This document shows positions 25,361 through 38,037 of a DNA stretch of 64,000 nucleotides, in pieces (within the stretch, counting starts at the first letter, position 1; each line of letters begins with the position of its first letter). The stretch is from the NCBI RefSeq assembly GCF_006345805.1, contig NC_043006.1, positions 84,816,001 to 84,880,000 on the forward strand, read 5' to 3'. The notes below the pieces were generated by a model, which ran no database searches, was not told the DNA's origin, and worked only from the letters and a program-made list of their open reading frames with translations. The position numbers and the translations under genes were made by a program. The stretch is from Octopus sinensis (lineage: Eukaryota).

Positions 25361-25876
25361 TGTATGTATGTCTTCTTCATTTTTGTCTATTATATTTTTT
25401 TTTTCTCTTTTTCTTCATTTTATCTTTTGAGATATTTTCTTTTTATAGTGATATATTTCATTCTTCAAGTATCTTCTTTCTGTTCTTAAGAAGGTAGGGT
25501 GTAATTTGAAACACTAAACAGTTTTATTGGGCTCCCACTGCCCATCATGGCAAGCTGTACAAATCTTGCAATACTCTTCTGATTATTTTCTCTTTAAACC
25601 CATTGTTCTCATTCATAATCAACATTTCTACACCCCTTCTACTTATGGGTATACATGTGTGTATACTCTTCAGACAGAGAAAATTAAATATTTAATTTCT
25701 GTCTGAAGAATTTCTAATAGGAAATTCCATATATTTATATATAACATATACAACTTTGTAGTTCCTATTACCAAATGAAACATGTGTAATGCAGAATAAA
25801 TAATACAAAAAAAATTCCAATACAATAACTCGCAATTAATATTTTCCATAATTCTCAATTTTGATATGTATTTTAA

Positions 25877-26612
25877 TACTCTTTTTCTTACTCTTTTTAC
25901 TTGTTTCAGTCATTTGACTGCGGCCATGCTGGAGCACCGCCTTTAGTCGAGCAAATCGACCCCGGGACTTATTCTTTGTAAGCCCAGTACTTATTCTATC
26001 GGTCTCTTTTGCCAAACCGCTAAGTGACGGGGACATAAACACACCAGCATCGGTTGTCAAGCAATGCTAGGGGAACAAACACAGACACACAAACATATTC
26101 ACACACACTTATATATATATACATACATATATACGACAGGCTTCTTTCAGTTTCCGTCTACCAAATCCATTCACAAGGCATTGGTCGGCCCGGGGCTATA
26201 GCAGAAGACACTTGCCCAAGATGCCACGCAGTGGGACTGAACCCGGAACCATGTGGTTGGTTAGCAAGCTACTTACCAAACAGCCACTCCTGCGCCTATG
26301 TGTATATATTTTTTTTATTCTTTTACTTGTTTCAGACATTTGTCTGTGGCTATGCTGGAGCACCACCTTTAGTCGAATAAATCAACCCCAGAACTTATTC
26401 TTTGTAAGCCTAGTACTTATTCTATCAGTCTCTTTTGCTAAACCACTAAGTTAGGGGGACATATATTTCTTTACTACCCACATAGTTAGGGGGACATAAA
26501 CACACCAACATTGGCTATTAAGCAATGGTGAGGGTACAAACAAACACAAATACACACACACACACACACACATATACATATGACAAGCTTCTTTTGGTTT
26601 CCATCTTCTTTC
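25877..26612 (-). mobile_element. SINE family B, full copy (25877-26297) plus partial tandem copy (26318-26612)
   Basis: Family B motifs. Confidence 0.85.
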
Positions 26613-26733
26613 AGTTTCCTTATATTTCTAATGAAATACAGCGCCTACACGTTTCAATTAATTTTCTTTTACCCCTTTTGCTATGATATTTCTTACTAAT
26701 ATACACATCTTATGTTTCAAGACTTTATCATTA

Positions 26734-26966
26734 TTAGACTTTTTGATAATAACTTGCCTAAAACCATTTCTGGTTTTATGATACAAACTTCCTGTTTTGA
26801 AGTGATCAAAACTAAAATCTTCCATCAGAATTTCTCGTTAATTTCTGTTCCAAACACCAGCTTAATAATGACAAAGTTATTTTACCAAAAATTCTTCATT
26901 ATTTTCAAAATTAATTGAAACAAAGGAAGCATATTTCAATAAAAATATGGAAACAAAAGGAATTAA
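26734..26966. mobile_element. piggyBac-like (TTAA) MITE, degenerate
   Basis: Homologous to 38369-38590; ends ...AAATATGGAAACAAAAGGAATTAA. Confidence 0.55.
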
Positions 26967-27027
26967 GGTGCTATTTGGAACCTAACATAACAAAAATATC
27001 ATTAAATAAAGTTATGATGGAAGGTTT

Positions 27028-27272
27028 TGGTTGGCGTTAGGAAGGGCATCCAGCTGTAAAAACCTTGTCAAAGCTGACCTTGCCTGTGCTTGTGCTATGT
27101 AAAAAGCACTAAGTCCACTCTGATGAGTGGTTAGTGTTAAGAAGGGAATCCAGCTGTAAATATCCTGCGAAAACAGTTATAAAAGTCTGGTGTAGGCTTC
27201 TGCCTGGCTGGATTTTGTCAAACCATTCCAGCATGGAAGGGGGACGTTAAACGATAATGATGATGATGATGA
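27028..27272 (+). mobile_element. Family C (two-module variant)
   Basis: Two GAAGGG(C/A)ATCCAGCTGTAAA modules then GACGTTAAACGAT tail. Confidence 0.75.
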
Positions 27273-27721
27273 AAGTTTTGTATTGCTGGTCTCAGTTAAG
27301 TTGGCATCTAAAGGTTAAGTTAACGAGCTTTGATTTAGAAGTGTCTAGAGACTGCTAAGAAAGAATCAACATTATTTTTTAACCTCTCTTTACTTCTATT
27401 TAATTACTAATAATTAGCAATCTAAAATGGATGCGTTGTTTAGGATGTCTTAAACTGTTGTATTTGTCCAGAGTTACCATCTTGTGTTGATATGTGTTAA
27501 TTAAGCATTAAATATAATGGCTGATGAAATGATCATCTGCACTCGTGGATCAACAGTGATAGCCAACCTTGCACCGAATGCCAGAACAAAGATCAGTCGA
27601 ACCCATCTAGTATACTATTGGTAAAGCAGTCAGTGATGTCATGCAACAGCCAGCAGGCTATGAATAAATTAGCTATTAGTGATAGAAGTAGTGTTTATCA
27701 TGAATCATAATTAGCACATCC

Positions 27722-28125
27722 AATTTCTTTATTAGCCACAAGGGCCCAAACATAGAGGGGGACAATACAGCCTGATTGGGGTCAGACACACAATGATTAT
27801 ATGACTTTTAAAATTTTACAAAATATAATGAAATTGAATGAAATCGAATGAGATACAACAAGGACGAAATACAAACATGAAATGAAGCAGAGAGATGGCT
27901 TATGCCCCGACCCCACGAGCCCCATTCTCCTACTGAAACTTTTGTATGCAGACTTATGACATGTTCACGAGGAATCTTTCATTCCCAGCACCCTCGCAAC
28001 ATGCAACCATCTTTCTTTGAACATTTTCTTTGACAGGCATCTTCTCTCCAGCCTCACCTTCCTTTTAAGGTGGAAGATAAAAAATCTCACCAACCCGAGA
28101 CTGGAGATGAGGTTGCCTGTCACTC
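27722..28125 (-). mobile_element. L1/Tx1-type LINE 3' end with UTR
   Basis: GNLISSLGLVRFFIFHLKRKVRLERRCLSKKMFKERWLHVARVLGMKDSS*; UTR ends TTGTCCCCCTCTATGTTTGGGCCCTTGTGGCTAATAAAGAAAT. Confidence 0.6.
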
Positions 28126-28701
28126 ATCCACCCTAAATTGGATGTGTTGTTTAGAACACCTTAAACTGCTGTATACATTCAGAGATACCATCTTGTATTG
28201 ATGATACATGATAATTAAGCACCGAACATATCATCTGACGAAATGATCATCTAGCAAAATATTCGTCTGACAAAATGACCATCTGATGAAATGATTGTTT
28301 AATGAAATGATCATCCGCAGTAATTTGATTATTACTTTAATTATAATTTGGAAAGTAAAAACAAACGTTACACTACAGCAGTGCATTAAACAGGTGCAAT
28401 GATGAAGCTGCAACAGAAACTAAATGCATCTTGCAATTGATACATTTAGAACAGGAGGTTGGTACAGTATAGACTCAGACTCAGGTTTGTCATTATGCCT
28501 AGGATTCACAAAGTCAGAGCCTCACCCTGCTTCCAAAGTGTAGAAGTCACTGAGGCTGAGGTTACAACACTCCCCACTCTCCTGGATGGGACGCCAGTCT
28601 GTCATTGGATTAACCTTCCCGGCTTTTGCTGGAATTCATTTTTGCCAGCTTAGTGGACTGGAGCAAACATGAAAATTCTAAGGCACTAAGGCGAATCATA
28701 A

Positions 28702-28745
28702 GACACCTGAAGAAGGCTGGAGCACACAACAGCTGAAATGTAGTG
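28702..28745 (+). ncRNA. Minimal type I hammerhead ribozyme motif (PLE-type), core intact
   Basis: GACAC CUGAAGA A GGCUG(loop)CAGCU GAAA U GUA GUG: stem I CAC/GUG, 5-bp stem II, loopless stem III, GUA triplet. Confidence 0.7.
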
Positions 28746-28814
28746 AAAGCAACAACCAAGATGAGGACATCAGTTCAACTAATCTACATATATATATATA
28801 TATATATAGATAGA

Positions 28815-29287
28815 TTAGGGGTGGCTGTGTCGTAAGTAGCTTGCTTATGAACCACATGGTTCCAGGTTCAGTCCCACTGTGTGGCACCTTGGGCAACTGT
28901 CTTCTACTATAGCCTCGGGCCGACCAAAGCCTTGTGAGTGGATTTGGTAGATGGAAACTGAAAGAAGCCTGTCGTATATATGTATATATATATATATATA
29001 GTGTGTGTGTGTATGTTTGCTATTTCTTTATTGCCTACAAGGGGCTAAACATAGAGGGGGTAATTGTATATGTTTGTGTGTCTGTGTTAGTCCGCCCAAC
29101 ATCGCTTGACAACCGATGCTGGCGTGTTTACGTCCCCCGTAACTTAGCAGTTCGGCAAAAGAGACTGATAGAATAAGTACTGGGCTTACAAAGAATAAGT
29201 CCTGGGTTAGTTGATTTGCTCAACTAAAGGTGGTGCTCCAGCATGGCCACAGTCAAATGACTGAAACAAGTAAAAGAGTAAAAAGAG
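28815..29287 (+). mobile_element. SINE family B
   Basis: Family B motifs; contains a short minus-strand tail-1 fragment near 29020-29060. Confidence 0.9.
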
Positions 29288-29312
29288 AGTGTGTATATAT
29301 ATATATATATAT

Positions 29313-29462
29313 AAGGTGTATTTTTTCTAATTTTATATATATATATATATAAAATTAGAAAAAATACACCTTTTATCAATTCAAAATGAACAATTAAATT
29401 ACACCATCTAGAAAATTAAATATACTATTAAAATTAAAAAGGTGGTTTTTTTCTCATTTTTT
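29313..29462. mobile_element. Short TIR element(s) embedded in (TA)n; includes a perfect 60-bp palindrome
   Basis: TIRs 29351-29374 and 29437-29461; palindrome 29313-29372. Confidence 0.55.
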
Positions 29463-29777
29463 ATATATATATATATTATGTGTGAAATTTGATTTAGTAT
29501 TTCTAAATTGAATTTTTTTCCTTGTAAGTTTGGATTTTATTCCCTCAAATAATATTATTATATATATATATATATTATATATATATATATATAAAATTCC
29601 TAATCTCACAAATATAGAATTGTATTATCCAATCAGTAAGGAGCCAACATAAGACATCAATGGAAGTTTATAAGCCTTAATAATAACTTACTCTGTCACT
29701 GATAACGGATTTAGCACAGTGGACAAAGGTGGTAGTTAATGCAATGAAGTCGCCTAGAGGTTCAGAGTGCAATCCCA

Positions 29778-29821
29778 GACACCTGAAGAAGGCTGTAGTG
29801 TACTTCAGCTGAAACCTAGTG
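29778..29821 (+). ncRNA. Hammerhead ribozyme motif, same family as 28702 (stem III mutated)
   Basis: GACAC CUGAAGA A GGCUG(loop)CAGCU GAAAC CUA GUG, followed by shared AACAACAAGCAAGGTGAGGAC. Confidence 0.6.
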
Positions 29822-29864
29822 AAAACAACAAGCAAGGTGAGGACACCACTCTGGCTAATACATA

Positions 29865-29975
29865 ATATGAAACGAAGCATTTTGCTCAAGAATATAACAT
29901 ACTGCCTGGTCCAGGAATTGAAACCACAACCTTACAATCATGAGTGTGACACCCTAACCACTAAGCCATGCACCT
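29865..29975 (-). mobile_element. SINE family E, 5' part
   Basis: TTGCTCAAGAATATAAC...GGAATTGAAACC...CCCTAACCACTAAGCCATGC. Confidence 0.65.
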
Positions 29976-30767
29976 GCAATATAGTAGTAGAGGTGGTGGT
30001 GGTGGTGGTAGTAGTAGTAGTGGTAGTGGTAGTGGTAGTAGTAGTAGTAGTAGTATGAGGAGCATGCACTGTAAGAGTGTGTCGTTGCATCCTCCATTTG
30101 TAGGTGATTCCCTACTATTTCTAATGAATGACACATCTACACCACTCAGGCACCAACCCGCCAACCCATGGGTCTGTTTTGGGTAGCTATTGTTGCTGGT
30201 GAGGCTTTTGCGAGGCTGGAGTGCATCTCCTACCTCAAGCTGTTTTAGTTGCCTTTTAAATGACATTCAGAGGGAACACTGGGTCCATTCTTCGACGTGC
30301 CAGTCTCCACACAACACAATATAGAATTAAAATCGTCAAAATATAAAGTCTCTGGTAAACAGATATTGTTGTTGTTGTTGTTATTGTTGTTATTGTTGTC
30401 AATTGTTCATGTTATAATTTAGTCATTCCCAGAGTCAAGCAGATCCACGATCAAAGCCATGGAAACCATGACCGATTCCTGTCATTTGGTGTATCTGGGA
30501 CTACATTATTATACAATCGAGCTGGTTTGATATGGGTAAAAGAACACGACAGAATTGAAAAAAAAAGAAGAAAAAAAACAAAGAAAGAAAGAAAAAACAA
30601 AACATGATGCGGCATGCGTGCATGGTTGAAAAGGTTGATATAAATTAATGATGTAGAATAGTTGCAAGCGAAAGATAGGTCTTGGAATGATGTGGTTAGA
30701 TCAAACCTTAAAAAGTTGGATTGCAAAGATAAAATGATGTAGTATTAAAATGCATGAAAGGATAGTG

Positions 30768-31062
30768 GGGGTGGTGGTAATGGTGGTGGTGGTGGTGGTG
30801 GTGGTAATGGTGGTGGTGATGTGGTGGTGATGATGGTGGTGATGATGGTGGTGATGATGGTGGTGATAGTGGTGGTGGTGATAATGGTGGTGATAGTGGT
30901 GATGATGGTGGTGGTGATGGTGATGGTAATGAGTGTGGTGGTATTAGTAGTGGTAGTAGTAGTGGTTGTGGTAGCGGTAGCAGTGGTGGTAGTAGCAATC
31001 GTTGTTGTGATGGTGGTGGTAGTAGCAGTGATGGTGTAGGCAGTGGTGGTAGTGGTGGTAGC
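30768..31062. repeat. (TGG)/(TGA)/(TAG) trinucleotide block
   Basis: Direct inspection. Confidence 0.92.
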
Positions 31063-31159
31063 CCGGGTATACTGCAGACCCACCCAAATTATGGAAGCAT
31101 GGAAAAAAGAGCATTAAAGGATGCTTATGTGGGTGCACGTGTCATGCGTTTGCTTGAGC

Positions 31160-31941
31160 ATGTCAGTGTGCGTGTGTGTGTGTGTGTGTGTGGTTGTATG
31201 CATGATTATGCATGAGTGTATCTGTGGTATATAAGTGTGTGTATGGGTGTGTGTATGTGTGTGTGTGCATATATGGTTATGTCGGCACATGTGGGATATA
31301 AATGTACATGTATGCTTGTGTGAGAGTGTCTGGTTTATAAGTGTGTGTATGTGCACACATATTTTATGTATGTGTTTGGATGCTTGTGTGTGTGTCTGTG
31401 TGTGTGTATAAATGCATGTATAGCCATGTGTGCACATGTGGGTATAAATGCATGTATGGTTTAGTGAGTGGGAGGGTATATATGTGTATGTGTGTGTGTG
31501 GTTATGTGAGTGCATGTCTACATATATATGTGTGTGAGAAGGTATATGTATGTGGAGAGGTACGCGTGTATGTAAGCTTAAATACTTGTGTAGTTATGTG
31601 TGTATGTCTATATGTATGTGCATACACACACACACACACACAAACAAACACCACACACGTAATGAGAATGTGTGTGTGTGTGTGGAGTGGGGGAGTATCT
31701 GTGACGATAACAAGCCGGGAAGTTTATTGATTAGGTTTTTTTTTGCGTTTTTTTTTACTATTGTTTTTCTATTTGATTATTAATTTATTTTGCTTATTCT
31801 TTTTCTTCAACTTAACTCGATGCAAATAAATAAATATATAGATAAATAAATATATACTGGGTCCACACACAAACGTACACATATATCTACACCCAAACAC
31901 ACACATATATCTATATCTATATATCTATATATGTATATACA

Positions 31942-31980
<39 letters not shown>

Positions 31981-32002
31981 ATATATGTATATACATGCAT
32001 AT

Positions 32003-32083
<81 letters not shown>

Positions 32084-32298
32084 TATAAATATATATACAC
32101 AAACATATAAACACACACACATATATATTTATATACATACAAACACACACACACACACATACACAGAATATATGTATGTATATATACGTATATAGGAAGT
32201 ACAGAAGTACTGACATAAATACATATATAAGTATATACATATATATTTACACACACATATATCTCTATGCATAAATGTATATACTCACACACGCATAT

Positions 32299-32345
<47 letters not shown>

Positions 32346-32365
32346 AACACACATGCACATACATA
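31160..32365. repeat. Degenerate (TG)/(TA)/(CA) dinucleotide region
   Basis: Direct inspection. Confidence 0.9.
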
Positions 32366-33000
32366 TGATAGCTGATAGGTCATGTCGACATCAGTAACAT
32401 ACTATAGACAAAAACATCCTTTCAGCAAATATTCAAAGAGGAAAACAAAAAAAAAAAAATCCACAAAAACAGCAAAAATAAACCTTCTGTAACCTCTCCA
32501 TCTCCACCCCTTCTTAATTCCCACCCCACTACCTTCCTCTTTAACTCAATCACATACTTTCTTTCTATCTATTTATCTATTTATCTCTAAATACAGCAGA
32601 TACAGAAAAGAACTTTTCTTTTCCGTTTCCCCTTTTATTTTCTTCCTTTTTTTTTGTTTTTTGTTTGGCATTCACAGAAAAAAAAACCCCAAAACAAAAG
32701 CAAAAAAACGGAATCTAAATAAATGCAAGGATTTGGAGGTTTCATGTTGTGACAATGTGCCAAAGAGGTGAAAGATGTTTGAAAATAATACAGGACAAAA
32801 TGTCATGAATGAAGGAAAAGTCACTGAGGGTATCCCTAGTTGCTGTTCCTGTCCCTGATGTGTGTAAGCACCACCTCCGACTCCAAACTATAATGAACTC
32901 ATGTAATATATATACAGCGAGTGGGTAAGGAAGGCAGTTTAAACAACAATTAAAATATGGAAGACCAGAAGTCTCAAAGTGAATTGAACTTAGATGATGA

Positions 33001-33400
33001 GGCGCAGGCATGACTGTGTGGTAAGCTTGCTTCCCAACCATATGGTTCCAGGTTCAGTCCCTCTGCATGGCATCTTGGGCAAGTGTCATCTACTATAGCC
33101 TCAGGCCAAGCAAAGCTTTGTGAGTGAATTTGGTAGACAGAAACTGAAAGAAGCCTGTTATCTGTGTGTGTGTGTGTGTCTGTGTATCTGTGTCTGTGTT
33201 TGTCCCCCACCTCACAACTTGACAACCAGTATTAGGTTGTTTACATCCCCGGTAACTTAGTAGTTTGGCAAAAGAGATTGAAAGAATAAGTAGCAAGTTT
33301 TAAAATAAAGCACTGGGGTTGATTCATTCAACTAAATATTCTTCAAGACGATGCCCCAGCATGGCCATAGTCTAATGGCTGAAGCAAGTAAACAATAAAA
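33001..33400 (+). mobile_element. SINE family B
   Basis: Family B motifs. Confidence 0.85.
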
Positions 33401-34179
33401 GAAGATTCTTTTATAACAAGACTAAGAAATAGATATGTTGTGACGTCTAAGAGTTATAAAGCCAGAGCTTAACCTTGGTTTCAATGGTGTGGGAGTGACA
33501 GAGATTACATGACTTATCTCCTGAATGGGATGCTAGTCCATTGTAGTGTTAACTTCCTAGTTATTGCCAGAACTTATTTTTGTGGCTGCCTGGATTGAAG
33601 TGATGTCAAATGAAGTGTTTTGTTGAAGAGTGCAATGCATCACCCAGTCTGAGAATTGAAACCATGTTCTTAACTCCAACCAATATGTCACATGTAATAA
33701 AGACTAAAAAAAATAAAAAATAAAATCGATATGCAAAAAAAAATGTGAAAAATACAAAGAAATAAGTGCTTTTTCTTTGTTGCATTTATTTATTAATTTA
33801 ATTTTTCTTTTTTGTAGTTTTTCTCAAATTGCAAGTAAATTAAATAAATTTTCTTCAAGAAGTGTTATTTTGGGAATCAGAAAACAAAATAAATGCTTTT
33901 ACAAGTTGAAACTTGATTTGATTATTTCATTACTTAGAAAGATAACCATCTGAGTAGTATACTATGAAAATCTTGGAGCAGGATTTTCTTATCTAACTGA
34001 AAGTTTCAAGAATCTAATGCTTCTTTTGAAAGAAAGCAAGGCTGTGTGGTTAAGAAGTTTTGCTTCCCAGCCATGTGGTTTTAAGTTCAGTCCCATTGAA
34101 TAGTACTTAAGGCAAGTGTTTTCTATAATAGCCCCTGGCCAACCAAAGCTTTGTGAGTGAATTTAGTCAACTGAAACAA

Positions 34180-34420
34180 GGCGATGAGCTGGCAGAAACA
34201 TTAGCACGCCGGGTGAAATGCTTAGTGGTATTTCATCTGCCGTTACATTCTGAGTTCAAATTCTGCTGAGGTCAACTTTACCTTTCATCCTTTTGGGGTT
34301 GATAAATTAAGTACCAGTTACGCACTGGGGTTGATGTAATCAACTTAATCCCTTTGACTGTCCTTGTTTGTCCCCGCTATGTTTAGCCCCTTGTGGGCAA
34401 TAAAGAAATGAGAAATAAGA
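34180..34420 (+). mobile_element. SINE family A (tail 1) nested in SINE B (34040-34440)
   Basis: Flanks AACTGAAACAAG / AACTGAAAGAAG duplicate the B motif. Confidence 0.8.
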
Positions 34421-35029
34421 AACTGAAAGAAGCCCTTTGTATATTAAAACAGGATCAAAGGCCCTTCTTGAGCCATAGGCTTAGAAGGCTGGTTTCCCAG
34501 GTTCTGTGGCACATATATATTCCCAACCTGAATGGGACACTAGTCCATCGCAGGATTACTCATTTTTTTGTCAGCAATGTGAAATGAAGTGTTTTGCTCA
34601 AGAACTCAATGCACCACCTGATCCAGGAACTGGAACCACAATCTTATACACACACACACATATAAATGCATCATCCTCATCATTGTTTTAACATTGACTT
34701 TTCAATGCTTAAAGACAATATTCAATGAAGCAAATTTTCTATGGCTGGATGCCCTTCCTGTTGCTAACCATCACCTGTTTCAGAGTTAGGTAATATTTCC
34801 CCTTGGGCAAAAACACATACACACACCAAAGAAAGTACAGCTCTAATTTCATATACATATACTTATAAAATGGAAACGAACACCATTCCCCCAAGTGATC
34901 AGTTTGAAACATTGTTAACGTATTAAGATGTTTTCTTAACATGAAACCAATGGTAGCCTAATATGCAAATAAAGAATCTTTATCCCCCAATGTGGTGTTG
35001 AGCACTCATTCTCATTGTTTGACATTTAC

Positions 35030-35412
35030 GCAGGCATGGCTGTGTGGTAAGAAGCTTGCTTCCCAACCACATGGATCTGGGTTCAGTTCCACTGCATGGC
35101 ACCTTGGCTAAATGTCTTCTACTATAACCTGGGGCCGATCAAAGCCTTGTGAGTGCATTTGGTAGACGGAAACTGAAAGAAGCCTGTCATATATTTATAT
35201 ATGCATATATCTATATGTGTGTGTCTTTGTGTCTGTGTTTGTCCCCACCCCCATTCATTGTTCAGCAACCGGTGTAGGTTTGTTTACATCTCTGAGAGAA
35301 AAAGTACTAGGCTAAAAAAATAAGTGCTGGGGTTGAATTGTTCAGCAAAAGTACTTCAAGGTGCTCCAGCATGGCCACAATCAAATGACTGAAAGAAGTA
35401 AAAGGATAAAAG
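35030..35412 (+). mobile_element. SINE family B
   Basis: Family B motifs. Confidence 0.85.
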
Positions 35413-36267
35413 TACACACACACACACACACACACCACAGCTGCATCATAGTTTCTAGTTACTAAATTCCATTAATAAGATATTAATTGATCTGAAGACA
35501 AGGCAAGAGACGCTGAAGGTGCTGGGATCAAACCTGAAATAACATGATTGAATTTCTTAGACTACACAGCTTTGCGTACCACAGAACTACTACAACAAGG
35601 GAATCATGCTGAAGATAAAAATAATCTTGGAATAAAACAGCCTCAGGAAGAAGAGAACTAGCTTTTCCTCTGACTTTGCTCAGCTTATGATACTTTTGTG
35701 AAAGCAGGTTGCACTTGCATATCAAATATGATATTTATATAATTGAATGTAGATATTCTTGTGATAAAGTTTTAATTAAAATGTCACTCAGAAACTTTAT
35801 GTTACGGAGAGGTAGAAGGGAAAGAAAATCAATCGTGTGTGTGTATGTGTGTGAGGAAGAGAGAGAGAAAGAGAGAGAGAGAATGATAGTAAAAAGGAGA
35901 CAGAGAGAGAGGGACACAGACAGAGAGAGAGAGACAGGGTATGCTTGTATGTGTGTACAGGGCATGTGTGAGAAAAAAAGACTGAGGAATAAGATTATAA
36001 CTTGAATACAAATGGTCATATTAATACTATGTGAAATATAAATAGATTTGTGTGTGTGTGTGTATGTGGGTGTGTCTGCACATATGCATGTGTGTGTGTG
36101 TGTTGTGTATGTATGCATATGTGCATGTCTATATAAAATTACAACTATGCAGATACACAATATGCATACATATGTATATCTATTTTTACATATAGATATA
36201 TTTATACTCTACCTATATACCCAGATACATATATATATATGCGTGGATAGATAAATACAGATATCAA

Positions 36268-36425
36268 CATCATCGTCGTTTTACGTCCGCTTTCCATGCT
36301 GGCATGGGTTGGATGGTTCGACTGGGGTCTGGGAAGCCAGAAGGCTGCACCAGGTTCCAGTCTGATATGGCAATGTTTCTACAACTGGATGCCCTTCCTA
36401 ACGCAAATCATTCCGAGATTGTAGT
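36268..36425 (-). mobile_element. Family C
   Basis: Family C motifs. Confidence 0.85.
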
Positions 36426-36793
36426 GGGATTGTACCTAGAAAGTTACCCTCCGAGGTACAAGTCTGGGCAAGGTTGTTTATGGCAGGCCAGCAGTCGCCC
36501 ATGCATACCGGCCTCTTCTCTCCACACCACTGATCAGATTGGAGCCTGATGCAGCCCTCTGGCTTGCCAGCCACCAGTCAAACCGTCAAACCGCCAGTCA
36601 AACCAAGGGAAAAGCAAAGGCCGATATAGCTTGGCACCAGTGATGTTGCAACTCATTTCTACAGCTGAGTGAACTGGGAAGATGTGAAATAAAGTGTCTT
36701 GCTCAAGAACACAAAACGCAGCCCGGTCCGGGAATCAAACTCACAACCTCATGATCGTAAGCTGGCCCTCTAACCACTGAGTCATGTGCCTTC
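36426..36793 (-). mobile_element. SINE family E with nested family C fragment (~36533-36600, +)
   Basis: Homologous to 5021-5331. Confidence 0.8.
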
Positions 36794-37344
36794 ACACCAT
36801 CAGTTACTACTATAATCTGAACTACATAAGTGTCAACCCAAGGAGGGGTCTATTATTTCATTTGTTTTTTTATACATGTTGTCAAAAGTTAATTTAGAAA
36901 ATACATATTTGGGAATGAATTGTGAAATTGATTTCATCTGCAAAATACTTCTCTCTCTCTCTCTCTGCCAAATTTAGAACCACCAAGAGATATTCTGAGA
37001 TCTGCACAATATTCCCTGGCGGAACACCAACCAAACCATATTTTTCTCCATTGCAAATTCTTCTGGCTGTTGCCAAAGAGAAGAAGAAATTTGTCAGCCA
37101 TTATTCAGTTTCTTTCTTTTTGTTTAATTGTTAATTTCTTTTTGTTTTATTTTTTTTCTAATTTTCTTCATTTATTATTTTTGGTTTTTACATGAGGGGT
37201 AGGAGTGAGGGTCAAGCACTTGTTCTTAGTGTTTTTTCATCTTCTTCATTTCCTTCGTAGCAGCAGTATCTTCGCCACCTTCATGTTAGCATTTTCCCTC
37301 GTTGCTTAGCACTTTCATCTTTGTAATAATAGTATAAAAGAAAA

Positions 37345-37991
37345 TAGTGATGATGGTGGTGATGACGATGAAGATGATAAAGATGATGATGATGATGATA
37401 AAGACGATGATGATGATAAAGATGATGATGATGATAAAGACGATGATGATGATAAAGATGATGATGATGATAAAGATGATGATAAAGATGATGATGATGA
37501 TAAAGATGATGATGATGACGACGAAAAGGAAGAATGGTATGAGAAGGAGAGATAGAGAGAGAAAGGGAGTAGAGAATAAAGAAGAGAAGAATCAGGAATA
37601 AAGGAGAGAAAAGTGAAAGAAAGATAAACCAAAACAGAGAGAGAAAGAGAGATAAAAGAATAGAGAGGGGAAAGGAGGAGAGACTATCAGAGATAGAGAA
37701 AGGAAGAGAGAGAAAAGAGAGAGTAAGAAACAGATAGAGAAAAGGAATCGAGAAGGAGAGTGAAGAAGTGAGAGAAAGAGAGGGGGAGGAGAGAGGGAGA
37801 GTGAAAGAATAAGCCTACTTCTCTTGTTAGCTAATATTTTTGCAAGAAAGAATATCAGAAATATTTAAATTGGGAAAGAGAGTGAGAGGGAAAGGGAGAG
37901 AAAGATCAGATAAAGGGCAAGGAAGAGAGAAGGAGAGAGAGAGAGGGAGAGTGGAGCAAGAGTGGGAGAGGACTAAAGAGAAAAAGACAGT

Positions 37992-38037
<46 letters not shown>

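Noticed and set aside
25640-25730. CTGAAGA motifs on both strands beside hairpins
   Set aside because: No correctly placed GAAA or stem III; explained by the palindrome.
28280-28320. CTGATGA...GAAATGATC resembling a hammerhead
   Set aside because: No stem II or stem I pairing; the motif is part of a 20-bp tandem repeat.
32840-32910. Possible terminal exon encoding PPPTPNYNELM*
   Set aside because: Too short, weak acceptor, in-frame stops upstream, no other support.
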